DNA of 63,900 nucleotides, filler included, from Dugesia japonica (lineage: Eukaryota): NCBI GenBank assembly GCA_001938525.1. It is 6 parts of 6 records of this genome, joined end to end, with 100 filler letters (N's around TTAATTAATTAA, not from the genome) between each part and the next. Parts side by side here need not be neighbours in the genome. Positions count along the whole stretch, not along the records: positions 21,313 to 33,308 come from MQRL01638009.1; positions 33,409 to 45,624 come from MQRL01603496.1; 4 more parts are not named here. One strand, written 5' to 3'. Made by a program: the position numbers and the translations under genes. The stretch's first letter is position 1. Each line of letters begins with the position of its first letter. Below the pieces are notes generated by a model. That model was given only the letters and a program-made list of their open reading frames with translations, made no database searches and was not told where the DNA came from. Below, in pieces: positions 24,282 to 36,945 of the stretch.

Positions 24282-25360
24282 ATGAAATTATTTATTATAA
24301 ATGGAGAAAATAATGATGAAAAAATAGGAATTCTTATAAAAGAAGATTCAAAGGTGAGAGATATAAAATGCAATTTAGATGAGATTCTCCAAGGAAATGG
24401 AAATTTTACTAAAGAATATTTCACATTAATTCATAAAAGTATTATTTTATGGAATGATAATTCAATAATAGACAACAAAATATGTGAAAACGATGAAATC
24501 TGGTTTGGTAAAATTGATAATTATTTGAAAAAGTAAATTAATTGATGCAAATGGAATATTTGTGATTAATTGAATTTATTACAGAGATGACGTCATTGTT
24601 TATATTGCTCACATTTATGGTGGTGAATATTTGATTGCGAAAAGGAATGATACAATTTCAAGAGTCAAATCAATAATAGAAAGAATTCATTCTGAAATAA
24701 TCAATATTTGGAATGCAGATGGCAAACAAATGAGAAATGATCAAATTGTTACCGAGATTAACACAAATGAGAATTACCAATTGATTATTGGGTGAATTTT
24801 AATATTAGTTAATTGTTTAATTAATTTATGATAAGATGTGATGATGGAGTGGGAAATGAGATCAATAATACATTTGAGAAATGCCGAAATTCTCATGACA
24901 TATATTGGGAGAATCAATATTTGTGAGCATTGGTTATATCGTGATTATTGATTGATTATTAAACATTTAGTACTGATGAGATTCATGATGATAACAAAAA
25001 TGAATCAGCGAGAACAATATTGATAAGTCTTATTGATAAAATAAAGTGATTGATTGATGGAAATATTTCACAGTTAATCAATAATTATTTATTGCAGACA
25101 AATTATCTCATCAAATAACCCCATTGATGACAGATTGAATCAAAATTTGTCTGATTTGCCCGCCTCATTTCGCAATTTGACAAATTTATTTTGCAACGAC
25201 ATGACAGGTCGCATTTTGGATATTTGTAATGATTATTGGAGATTTGTGATTAATCAATATGAGAATGAGTGAGATTGATATTTGTGTGTGACAATTGATT
25301 TATTATTGATTGATCATGTAGTGTTGTGAAGATATTTGATCGATATTTCCAATTTGCAAT
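24282..25360 (+). CDS. Multi-exon gene: two ubiquitin-like domains + helical domain (possibly BAG6-related), 3' end not found
   Basis: Exons 24282-24532, 24585-24791, 24836-24922, 24971-25045, 25098-25268 and 25322-25360 splice in frame with 44-53 nt GT-AG introns. UBL motifs EDSKVRDIK..LIHKSIIL and RNDTISRVKS..DGKQMRND. Confidence 0.75.
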
Positions 25361-26083
25361 GTAAGTTTGATTGATTGAATTATGAATGTCATCATTGAAA
25401 CATTCATATTTGTGATCATGATTGATATCCCTCATTTGATATTGATTATTGCATTTACCGATTTAATATGTTACTGAATTTTACTAATTTAAACANAATT
25501 ATTTCAATATATTAACAAATTTGTATATTACATCAATAGATACAATTACTTTTACAATAATACGTCATCCTAAGTAATTGACATTTTGATTTATTCAAGT
25601 TATTTAGAGAAAAATATATGATTTTAGAAATGATTTTATTTTATTAAAAATCAAATAATTCTGATAGCATATAAGAAAATTTATCTATGGTTTAGATACA
25701 TAGATTATATTTGCTTTGTTACTAGTTCTCCTTTAGAAAATATTTTGGAATTAGCCAATAGTATTAATAAAAACATTAAATTCATTTTACAGAAGTCAAT
25801 TGACAATTACTTTTTCTGGACACTTATCCAAAAGAAACCCGGTAAAATATTAACTACTCAATTACTAATCTCATTTTACTAAACCATTGCAGAGTGGGCA
25901 TATATTAGTATTATTAGTATTATTATTATTAGTAGTAGTAGTATTATTATTAGTATGAGGAAATAATTATTATTTAATAATTTTAGACCAAAAGAATTTG
26001 ACTTAATTCTGGATAAAATTTTTTAGCTACTTTTCAATTATTATTTCTTTATTAAATTTAGAGTTGAAGTAGAGAAATAAATA

Positions 26084-26181
26084 ATGTCTCAAAATATTAG
26101 TTCTGATTTGCAAAATGAATTAACAATTGAAGATTTACCTAACATGGTGGCAGCGGTAAATACCGATTCTATTACAGAGAG
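26084..26181 (+). CDS. Isolated first exon, importin-alpha-like
   Basis: MSQNISSDLQNELTIEDLPNMVAAVNTDSITER|gt resembles the LPxMVxxVxSD helix preceding ARM1. A paralogous start and upstream region lie inverted at ~53215-53375. Confidence 0.35.
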
Positions 26182-26679
26182 GTTTACATTTATTGCAAAC
26201 AATGAGTTTAAACAAGATTTATTAAAAATTTTAATATAATTAACTATTAATTTTTATTAACATACATGCATCATTTATATTATTTAACTCTAAATCCAAA
26301 TTAAAGTAACGCATTACCAAAATCAATTAAAATTTTAAATTAAACAAAACTAACCGGATTAACTTTTCATCATACAATTATTTTCAATCTTCATCATAAC
26401 ATTTGGCTGAATATTTCATTTTTCTAAACATTTAAATTAAAAGTCTATTGAAAAATTAATATTAGTATAATAATTGTCAAACTTTATCCTTAATGGAATA
26501 AATCAAAATGCAAGTACTTCATATAGACTGTTTTCTCGTAATATTAAATAATTGCTGATTCCGAACAGTATTATTGTTAAAATAACATGCTCTCGGTCAA
26601 AGTAATATCAAATCGGGTATACTTTTTGACTGATTTTAACTCTTAAAAGTGATAATTTACTCTCACTTATTGGTTTTCT

Positions 26680-26935
26680 CACTGTTCACTGGACTTCAAT
26701 AATCAGCGCTCTGATGACTAGTGCTCAGACATCAAAACTATGTTATCTGTTCACTAGTGCTCAGTCATCAATATTCTACTAGCTATACACTGGTCCTCAG
26801 ACATCAAAATTCTGTGCTATGTTTACTGGTCTTCAGTCCTCAATACTCTACTCACTGTGTACTGATCTTGGGTTATCAATAGTTTTCTCGCTCTTCACAG
26901 GTCTTCACTCTTTATTAGTTTTCTCACTCTTTGAT
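26680..26935. repeat. Degenerate 36-bp tandem repeat, about 7 copies
   Basis: CTGTTCACTAGTGCTCAGTCATCAATATTCTACTAG-like unit. Confidence 0.6.
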
Positions 26936-29309
26936 AGTCTCGCTTTTCATTGATCTTAAATGTACTGTTTGGTTAATTTTAAAACTTCATAAATTTTTCA
27001 TTAATTATTTTACTTTGATTGAATCATTAAAATTTGAGATACTTTTTCAATTTTCGAAAAAAGTTACCAAATCCGAGATGACAACTGAATATCTTCGTTA
27101 GGAAACATTTTTCCCGAGACGATATTTTAACTTTGCACAGTCACGTTTTCCTCCTGAGTAAAATAATACCAAATTTGAAACCATACGAGTTATGTACGCA
27201 AAGAAAAATTTTTATTTGTGAAAAATAATCTCAATCGAATTCTTCATCGATTGATGTAAAAATCTCGATAAAAAATGTTTTCAAAAACTTTCGAAATTTC
27301 GGATGTTCTCCCGGATTCCCATAAAAATTTAATTTAAGAATTTTAAAAATATGAAAATTTAAACAAAAAGTGACCTAATTTCACAAATTTACCATAAAAA
27401 TAATGTTAAAAAACTTTAAATTTTAAACAAATACAACTCTTTCTTTGAATTTCCGTAAAATTTCATCCCAAATTAACCAATCTTGAGAAAATGATTGACC
27501 GAATCACCCAAAAATTACCTAAACCGACCTCACCGAGGAAATATTTGACCAAATTCACCTGGACCAACGAAAAATCAACCTTATTCAACCTCACCGAGAA
27601 AGGTTTCGACCAAATTCATCAGAACCAATCAAAATTCAACCTCATCGACGTCACCGAGGAAATACATTGGAAAATTCTAAAAAACAGTTACCGCCTAAAA
27701 TATTAAAAAATATTTCCCAACTAAAACCACAGGATAATGTATATCCACTTTGCCGTATAATAAGCTTGAAAAATTTTCCCAACTAAATACATTAGAAAAA
27801 TTTAAAAACAGTTAATCCTTGGCTTGCAAAATGTGTGCTGTTCTTGACCGCCACTATCCATCTACTATCATACAGAAAAATGGTATAATTAAGGGTGAAA
27901 GAATTAGAGCTTAGAAAAACTGGTCGTCTTCAAATGAAGAAATAAAATTCTTAAATAGCGCAACCCAAAAAAAATTATAATATAATATAAATTATTTTAC
28001 AAAAGATACAAAATATAATAAAATCAAACCAAAAAAACAAAATTATTGAATTAACTTTTATTAATGAGAAATGTATCCAAATCATGCAAAATATAATTAA
28101 AAAAATACTAAACTCAAGCACGATTCAAGAATTATTTGAGCATCCAATTACAGAAACAAAGATAAAACATTTCTGGCCCTAAATACATTTGTGATGATAA
28201 AAATATATTCAATAAGAAAAATATCACTTATAAAATAATATGCACCATTTACAAAGAAACATATTTAGGTGAAACATGCAGAACCATCAGAACAAGAGTT
28301 AAGGAACATTTGAAACAAAAACAGTGAAGTCTTCAAACCCTTTCAACACAAACATAACATTTGACCAGATTAACGTCATATAACATGGAAAACATTAGCA
28401 ACATGCTACATTTCCGCACAATTTATAGAAATAAACATGAAAAATTATTAATTAAAGATAATTCATGAAGACAATTGTCAAAAATTTGAAGTACTACTAA
28501 AAAATTTTAAAAAAACTTTTGATTCAAGCTTTTAATTTAATGAAATCTTTACATCTGTTAGGCTAGAACAGTAAAAATCTTTTCATAAATTTTAATTTAT
28601 TGCCACAATAATCATTATTGCTACACTTTTAAAATAAATGTTTACTTTTAAAAAACCCACAGAACAAAAAAAGACAAAACAAATATTAAAGAAATTAAAA
28701 ATTCAAGGAATAACAAGATAAAATGAAACATGGTAATTTTAATGTTTGAAAGTGATGTCAAAGAGGGAACAGTTAATTCGTTATAATATCTTATTTGTTA
28801 AATTATAGGATAAACTTTTTTTTAAAATAAAATTTCTATTATGATTGTTTGATTTCCGAAAAAAACAATACTGACCAAATTTGAAATGTTTTAAATCCTG
28901 AATAATAATGACAATATAAAACAAAGCAAATATTAAAAAATTGTATGTAATATTATCTAATTATACAAATAAACATTAATATATAAATATAAAAAACTAA
29001 ATAATTCCTAAAATAAATGTATTTAAAACTTCTCATTGATTGTTTGTTTTATAATTAACTCTTTCCATGTAAAAATATTTTTATTATACTAATATTTATA
29101 TGAGAGCTGTTAGACTACAGTATTAAATATACTTATTAATATTAAAATGACAAACTCTGTTAATAAATCTTAATCATAATAATAAAATCATAATTTCATA
29201 AATAAAAGGTTTTTAATTAAAAAATATTAATAAAAAAATAATTTTTATTTATTAAAACAATTGTGTTAAAAAATTATTTAATTATAATATTAATATTAAA
29301 TTCTAATTC

Positions 29310-29834
29310 TATAAGTGGCATTAAATCCATCGTATGCTGAATTCATTTTCCTGTTATAAATATGTTTAAAGAATATAATAAATTAAATAAAAATTAATAC
29401 CTTTCTTCATCCATAATTCTTCTAGTATTCTGTTGAAATTCTTTATCCTTTGCGTAAATTCTTAGGATTCCCCTTCCAAGGTTGGTTCTTCACGCCATTT
29501 CTTCCTAGTGTATTCATTTTTTGTTGTTTTTTTTACAGAGATCCGCTGACCATACCGAGATGTAAAGTCTTGTGGAGGATTTTCCGTCTTGAAAGACAGC
29601 CTTTGTTTATCTTTGCGCAATCTGCTTGTAGTCCCCCCCTTTTTCTACAAATGAATAACTTTAGAAAAAAAAATTTTATTAATACCTTTTCCCAATTTCA
29701 TTAATAAATCCCACTGGTAGCTTTGGAAATTCTGCTCCACCAGTTGATTTAATTGGACTGTAAATAATTTTAGAAATAATACATTAGAAAAATCAAATTA
29801 CCATTTTCCAGTATCATTTGTTGTTGATTTCATA
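29310..29834 (-). CDS. Small four-exon gene or pseudogene of unknown function
   Basis: Three clean 41-49 nt GT-AG introns separate GC-richer exons. Spliced frame MILENVQLNQLVEQNFQSYQWDLLMKLGKEKGGTTSRLRK... Confidence 0.35.
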
Positions 29835-30034
29835 GTTTAAAGAATTTTGTTTTCAAAAGAAAATGACGAAATTTATGATTGAATTAGTATAAATTATCAA
29901 TAAAGTTCAAAGTCTGAACTTAAGCAATAATTTTCTAATTCATTATAATAATAATCAACATCATCATCACATCGTAATATTATGATTACGTTATTTATGC
30001 TAAATAATATAAAAAATGTTATGTATTGAATAAG

Positions 30035-30400
30035 TAACAGTTGACTTGGAATTCCTGACCATTTTGCGGATCTGAGTCTAGTCAACTATTGACGATGATG
30101 ACTGATTGTTTTTCAAACATTTGTAGTGGTGTTCAATTATGTCCGAATGTGAAAGGATATAAACACTGCTACCGGAGATACGCATACTGTAATCGAGCTT
30201 AGCCTAGTTAAAACTACGCAAGCTAATCGATAAGTTCAATTATGAGCGGACTCGNNNNNNNNNNNNNNNNNNNNNNNNNNNNNNNNNNNNNNNNNNNNNN
30301 NNNNCTCCGTCGGACTGTACATGTCGGAGGAGGTAATGTAATGGTATGGAAGGAAAACAAGACTGTTACTGACACAATGCATGAAAATAATTAATAATAA
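30035..30400 (+). mobile_element. LTR retrotransposon 3' UTR, PPT and LTR start (fragment)
   Basis: GGAGGAGG (30326-30333) followed by TGTAATGG at 30337. Confidence 0.35.
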
Positions 30401-30469
30401 TTTAAACTAATGTACATAATTAAAAAAACTTAATGTTTTACTCTTTAAATACCTTTGAGCATATATATT

Positions 30470-31233
30470 TAGACTACCCATACCATGCATAAATATATCG
30501 ACTGCCCATAACATGCATAAACTTCTTGTAATATTATCTTAAAAAATATCAAGACTGCCAATATCTTGTAATAATATCTTAAAATATATCAAGACTGCCC
30601 ATATCTTGTAATAATATCTTAAAAAAATATCAAGAAAGTCCCATTTCATACATAAATAAATTAATTTAATTTAATTTAATTTAATTAAATTTAATTTAAT
30701 TTAATTTAATTATATTAAAAAGATTTCCCCCCCATTCTATGCAAAATATAAATAATTCGCATCCAAAATATCAAGACTGCCCCATCTCATACATAAATAT
30801 AAAGTCTTCTCACAAAATTAAAATCCCCCCGCCCTAATCCAATAAAATTTTCATTACCAAAAAAAATCCAGTATTAAAACAAACCATTTTCATTAATTAA
30901 AACAAAAATTCCCTTCGAAAAAAAAGATTTTAAAAAAAGGTAAAAAAAAGATAAAAAAAAAGATTAAAAAAAGATTAAAAAAAAGATTATAAAAAAAGAT
31001 AAAAAAAGATTTTAAAAAAAGATTTAAAAAAAAGAAAAAAATTTTTTAAAAAATTGATCTGATCAAAAATTGATCCGATCAAAAATTTCTGATCAAAAAA
31101 TTTTTGATCCCCAAAAAAAGAATTTGATCCCAAAAAATATTTTGATCCCAAAAAAATTTTAATGCCAAAAAGTGTAGTCACAAAAAAAATCGGTCGCAAT
31201 CAAATTGTGACCGTGCGCCACTATCTCGCTACT
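30470..31233. mobile_element. Right end of a non-autonomous element with a Polinton-type terminus
   Basis: ATATCAAGACTGCC and AAATTTGATCC repeats as at 1810-3465. Ends GCGCCACTATCTCGCTACT. Confidence 0.6.
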
Positions 31234-31327
31234 AGCGTGGCAGTGGAATACGTAAACAGAAAAATAAAATAACATCAACTATAATCAAAAGACGACGATT
31301 ACATGGAACCATATTTGCAATATAAGC

Positions 31328-32312
31328 ATGTATGTCGGAAAAACTAAATTATTGCTTTTTCACCACAACATTCCACATGTTGTTGTTGAAAGCTCTACAT
31401 TTGAAGAAATCTACCCAAAAGATTCTATAATTGAGTATGCTGGACAACAAATTGAGTTCAATATTATTGGTTCAGATAATCATTACTTGGGTTTGAATGA
31501 TATGTTGAAGATACAAATGATACGTAAATACAAAAGGCGGTAATTGAACCAGCATTGAACTTTGAATCGGATACAAAAAACACTTTTCTTGAAGTCATTG
31601 GCTATCATAAAGAATATGACAAGTGTAAAGGTTGGATTAAAACATTTGCAAAGCTAACGCTCTGTGGTGCACTAATCTGGATTTCTTTGACCAACCTAAG
31701 TATATATTGCCAGGAGTCAATGTAAAAATTAAATTGACGAGAAATGTGGGTTCGGCAATTTTCAAATATACTAAAGACGTTAAAGAAACAGTTGAGATGA
31801 ATCCACAACCATACATTATAGAAGCAAAATTGGAAGTGCAATGTGTTTGTGTTGATCAGTTGGTTATGATTGAACATCGTTAAGGATTGGAACATCAAAA
31901 TTCAATCTACTCCAGAAAATAAAAATCGTGCTTTTTATAATTCTCATTCTGAAATTTCGGTGTAAAGTCCATTTGCTCGGCGAGAAACGTTGATCTTCAA
32001 GAAACATATACTACTGACTTTAATACCGACTATACTGAGGCATATGTTCAATCGATTATTTGTAATATGAGTCTGTTAAATGTAGATCGAAACAATAGTA
32101 TTACAATGAAGAAATTGAAAGACTCGTATACGTTTTTCACTTTAGTATTGGCTCCAAACTTTGCAGTTGATCAACCGCAATTGAGAAAAACCGGAAATTT
32201 CAAGTTGGATGTGCGATTTCATAAAGCCTTGACGGAATTTGTGAAAGTTTATGCATATGGAGTATTTGATTCGGAAATTCAAACCACCAATAATGGAGTA
32301 GTGGTTGTATAA
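31328..32312 (+). pseudogene. Polinton/Maverick double-jelly-roll major capsid protein (group-1 type), decayed
   Basis: VESSTFEEIYP..QIEFNIIGSDNHYL, DFFDQPKYILPGVNVKIKLTRN, and C-terminal YTFFTLVLAP..KTGNFKLDVRFHKAL..YGVFDSEI. Preceded by a core-protein tail RGSG..KRRR..TIF*. Confidence 0.8.
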
Positions 32313-32379
32313 ACAATACATACATGTATGAGTGTATTGCATAGTATGAAGTATGTTTTGTTTTTTATAAAGAGAATTT

Positions 32380-32745
32380 ATTGATTGATAGTAATTTTTA
32401 GATTGAAACTATACTGAAACGTGATTTGGACAGAAGACGATTCAAAGAAGTGTATCCACTGGAACGATTACCGGACTTTTTACAAAACGGATCCTATGTA
32501 ATCAATACACATAACTCGAATTTGGATTGCTATTCATCTCAAATTAAATATTATTCGTGTATTTGATCCAATGGGTATGTTTTACCCACTATTGCTGGTA
32601 ACAACATTTGAGCGTATGCAACAAGGTGTCGAATACAATCAAATCATGTATCAGAATCCATTGACGTTTATATGTGTCAATATTGTATTGAATGACTTAA
32701 AAGCCAGTATAAACNATTTTAATGTGATTATCAATAAAATTTTAA
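32380..32745 (+). pseudogene. Polinton adenain-like cysteine protease, decayed
   Basis: FKEVYPLERLP..YVINTH..WIAI..FDPMG..YNQIMYQ...IC pattern. Confidence 0.65.
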
Positions 32746-33197
32746 ATGCCTGTGTTTTTTATTGATTATGAATCCTTTTTGGATAATAATGCCAATTATT
32801 TAATTAAAGAATTATGTATAATAGATGTGAATAATATTTTTCAACCATTTTATTACATGTTTGCCATGATGGAATCAATGAGTAGTTTATCAAAATTTGA
32901 TCAAACAACTAATGAGTACTTACGGCTCTGGCATCATCATCTCAGGTGGATTGATGGAAATTCAAACTTTGATTCATCTAGTATAATCAATAACTTGAAA
33001 GCAATTCCAAAGGATGCGCTGTTTTATGTGAATCATCAAGTAAATGGAAAGAAAGTTAATACTCTCAAAGACCTTTTCCCGAGTCTTCGAATCGTTAATT
33101 ATATTTCATTATATTTTCTGTCCATATTATAATCATGGAGATTATTGTGCTTACAAAAAATGTTTAAAACTGTGTGTACATTACCTGTCATCATGTA
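32746..33197 (+). pseudogene. Polinton-associated DnaQ-like exonuclease-fold ORF
   Basis: FIDYESF..YLIKELCI..HHLRWIDG..FYVN. Frameshifted tail CAYKKCLKL. Confidence 0.5.
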
Positions 33198-34059
33198 AGT
33201 AAATCTTTTTCCTTGCCTTTAGTAATTAATAATAGTATTATTTTACAATTGCAATTATTGCGAGAATAATTGTTGGACTTAACCATTGATCGTTTTATAG
33301 AATTCATTNNNNNNNNNNNNNNNNNNNNNNNNNNNNNNNNNNNNNNNNNNNNTTAATTAATTAANNNNNNNNNNNNNNNNNNNNNNNNNNNNNNNNNNNN
33401 NNNNNNNNATCTGCTAAAAATGAAACTTGCGTACTTCAAATATGTGAAATAAAAATCATAATAAATCTTTAAATAAATTATCAGAAATGTCATTGATAGA
33501 ATCAATATCAGCAAAAATTCGTTAATTGTTGAAATGAAAAAACGTTTATAGATCCATAGTAAACGTACATTCAATTAAAAACTTTTCATACACAACAGAT
33601 TTAGTTATTAATCCTTTGACAGTCCTGTGCATCATATGTGATGCACAATTTGTCTTATTATTATTAACAAAATTTAGTTTGAAACTAATGNNNNNNNNNN
33701 NNNNNNNNNNNNNNNNNNNNNNNNNNNNNNNNNNNNNNNNNNNNNNNNNNNNNNNNNNNNNNNNNNNNNNNNNNNNNNNNNNNNNNNNNNNNNNNNNNNN
33801 NNNNNNNNNNNNNNNNNNNNNNNNNNNNNNNNNNNNNNNNNNNNGTAAATGGTTGTGAAAGTAAGCCCCAAAGGTTATTTTAAAAAATAATATGCCTTTT
33901 ACATAAAATGCCTTGTAAGATATTTGTTATTGATGGATTTATTTTCAAATATGTAGGTAAAGGATTGAATACATTTTTGAATATATTTTTTCAATTATAT
34001 ATTACGTCTTTGTACAATTTTGTTTAAAATTAAATTCATTTAAATATCTCCGACCTCAA

Positions 34060-34498
34060 ATGGTTAAACTCAAAAACCTAAATTATTGTAGGTGAGTATT
34101 CTTCCTATTTTATTTGACTGTAAAAAAATTTTAAGTCNNNNNNNNNNNNNNNNNNNNNNNNNTTTTTTTAGAAAAGATATAAACTCGTATTATATTAAAT
34201 GAAGTTTGGAGAAAGTGTGATTGAAAACAATTATTTGTTGAAAATTAGGAAAAATATTTAAAAAAATAAATATATTAATAATTTATTTTATACTATATTT
34301 TTTAAAATTATTAATTATAATTGAAATTAATCTGTTTTAATTAATTTGTTTTAATTATCCAATAGAGAATTAAGAATCCCAAAACTCCGTAATGATGAAG
34401 ATGAACTTTCGATGATTTTGAATCAATTACTTTACGATATAGATTCGTCAACGAATTCATTAAGCGAAAATTTTTCAATGGTGAAGGATGATGTTTAA
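34060..34498 (+). CDS. Putative two-exon 54-aa protein
   Basis: Exon 34060-34091 (strong donor AG|GTGAGT) joins 34366-34498 in frame: MVKLKNLNYCRELRIPKLRNDEDELSMIL...DDV*. AATAAA at 34551. Confidence 0.35.
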
Positions 34499-35116
34499 AT
34501 AGACTTTGAATAATTTTTTTGTAATTTATAAAATATTTAATTTTGATCTTAATAAAGATTTTATTAATGATTACTAATAATTAAATATTTGAACTAATCC
34601 AGAAATAGTAATAAAATTAACTACACAAATACAGTATTAATTTAAGTTACTATCAGTAGTACAATAAATTCATATATCGAAAATTGAATTTAGAAAGTAC
34701 ATAAGATTATTTTTAGTATCCAGAAATCTCATTAAAACCGATCAGAAAACTTCAAACACTAAATCGTTAAAATTATTAATTAACACAGATATTTACATAT
34801 TTTGACAGCAAGATATTTTTGTTACGGTTCAATTATTTTATGAGTTAAGTGATAACAATTTTAAATAATTATTTTTTTATCAATTCTTGGCAAACATTTG
34901 TAAAAACAATTGATTTTTTACATGAAGTTAAAATCAGTAATGTCAGCATTCTGTTTCCATTAATTGTTGATTTTATATTATTGTATAAATAAAATATTCA
35001 CATTGTTCAGTGGACAACTTGGCAAATTTTACGTTGGTTAAATAATACCAAGTTATTCTTTCTAAAATTTACATTTTTAGTATATTTTGTTAAGGTGAGT
35101 TTTCTTTAGCGTATAT

Positions 35117-35330
35117 GTGTAACAGTGCAGAGTAGATATATGCGTTTACACTGGCTCATCTCCGCCTTGTGCGCACACATGTTTCCAGCGATTTGATTGG
35201 TCGAAAGTAAGCTGTGCAATTACGTAACTGAATTATAAATTGATGCACTGTGCCACAGTTGTGTGTCGCGACTTAATCGTATGTGTTTCGGTGATGTAAT
35301 CGATGCTTCTGTAATAGTACATTTTTCTTT
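35117..35330 (+). repeat. LTR-like or promoter-bearing repeat fragment
   Basis: Starts TGTAAC; contains GATTGG, TATAAAT and CAGTT. CGCACACATGTTTCC..ATTTGATTGGTCGA recurs at ~54118-54150. Confidence 0.35.
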
Positions 35331-35649
35331 TAGTTGATGGAATGTTTGTTTAAATTAGGTGAAATTCTTTATTTTTTGTTCAAATTAAATTAATTTTTTT
35401 GTTTAAACCAACCCATCAATCCACAACCTCAACAGGTATGGACACCAGGTCCCATGTACAATACCCCGATTATGAGTCCACCACAAGTTCCTAATATGGC
35501 ATTATTAACAGAGAGCAATTTATCGACTATTGAACGAAGAGTGACTGACCAAAACTTGCGCTCTCTGAATAACCAAATCGCCGAAGATGATAAATTAGAA
35601 ACCCAAACCGCATGCATGATGATTTCTCAGAGAGCGAAACTATTACAAA

Positions 35650-35940
35650 AAAGGATAAAATAAACGGAAGATGGGTAATAGCCATTATCGATACAGGAGC
35701 AAGTACGACGTTAGTCCACAAAAGAATATTAGAAGATTATCGACTACTCCGAATAACAATTACTAAAGGAGTTATCATCACGGCCTCTGGAGAAAAAATC
35801 TCACCCATTGGGGAAGCATTATGTGCAATAGAAAGTGGCGGAACCCGTCTATGGCATAAATTACAAATAATGAATAAACTGACTTTTGACTGCTTATTGG
35901 GATTGGATCTCTTACCACGCCTATTCTCGGAGGGAATATT
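35650..35940 (+). pseudogene. Retropepsin aspartic protease domain 1
   Basis: AIIDTGASTTLV..TASG..CLLGLDLL. Confidence 0.85.
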
Positions 35941-36259
35941 AGATTTGAGGAAACTAACAATACGGGAAAATCACGATCGGGAATATGCACCGGTAGGTTA
36001 TCAGAAAACTCGAATAATAACCAAACAAAAACGTTCGCAGCAATGGAATCAACTAACACCTAACCAGCAGCCATGACTCTCATCAGGCGGGATAATCAAA
36101 ATAACTCAACTCAAGATCATCAGAAAATTACCAACACCGCCACCATGATAAGAAACGATTGGATACGGTTTCAAGAACGGGAACCCAGATGGAAAAACAA
36201 AAAGCAGCATGACCTAAATGGTAACCTTTCAGATGTGGTATGCGCAAGCCTCAGCGGCG

Positions 36260-36885
36260 GACCAGTATTAACAATTATGGTTAAAGTTAACGGTAGACCC
36301 ACAACGGCCTTATTAGACACAGGAGCGACCATCTCTTTGCTATCGATAGAAGAAATCGCAATAACAGAGTATAAAAATATACCGCCCACCAATACCACAG
36401 CAGATTTGGCGAACGGAAGTAGTCTTAAAATAATTGGGGAATTAATCTGTGAAGTGGAATATCAGGATAACAAAATTAAGCACAATATGATCATAGTAGA
36501 GATGGCTGGACAGTGTATTTTGGGTACCGATATTCTTCCAGTTTTAATGAAAAATGGAATATTGAACTTTTTAACGTTACGATTACAATCATATACTCAC
36601 GTTAAAGATCACGAAGTATTCACAACAGAAGAAATCTTGGTGCCTAGTAGATGCCAAATGTATTGTGTAGAAAGTACCAAAAGTGCATACNNNNNNNNNN
36701 NNNNNNNNNNNNNNNNNNNNNNNNNNNNNNNNNNNNNNNNNNNNNNNNNNNNNNGAGGAATAACCACGGTCAATAAAAGCGGAGAAGTACCAGTCAGCTT
36801 GGTCAACTTCACTGAGAAAGAAATCACAATCAAACCGAATTCCAGAATGGGTACACTAACTCCCATCGAATCGGAAACAGACTAG
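36260..36885 (+). pseudogene. Retropepsin aspartic protease domain 2 + dUTPase-like spacer
   Basis: ALLDTGATISLL..LANG..CILGTDIL, then EILVPSRC...VPVSLVNFTEKEITIKPNSRMGTL. Confidence 0.85.
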
Positions 36886-36945
36886 ATAGAGGAAATAATT
36901 GCCGAACCAGAAATCGATAGAACATTTAAAGTTGAGACGGAAACT

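Larger units (their letters stand above)
25560..28560 (+). mobile_element. Penelope-like element, decayed, split by a ~1.95-kb insertion (25906-27866)
   Basis: WFRYIDY-type RT motif at ~25685, IQKKPG at ~25826. Resumes at 27867 (GIIKGERIRA); GIY-YIG NITYKIIC..YLGETCRTIRTRVKEHLK at ~28215-28320. Confidence 0.8.
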
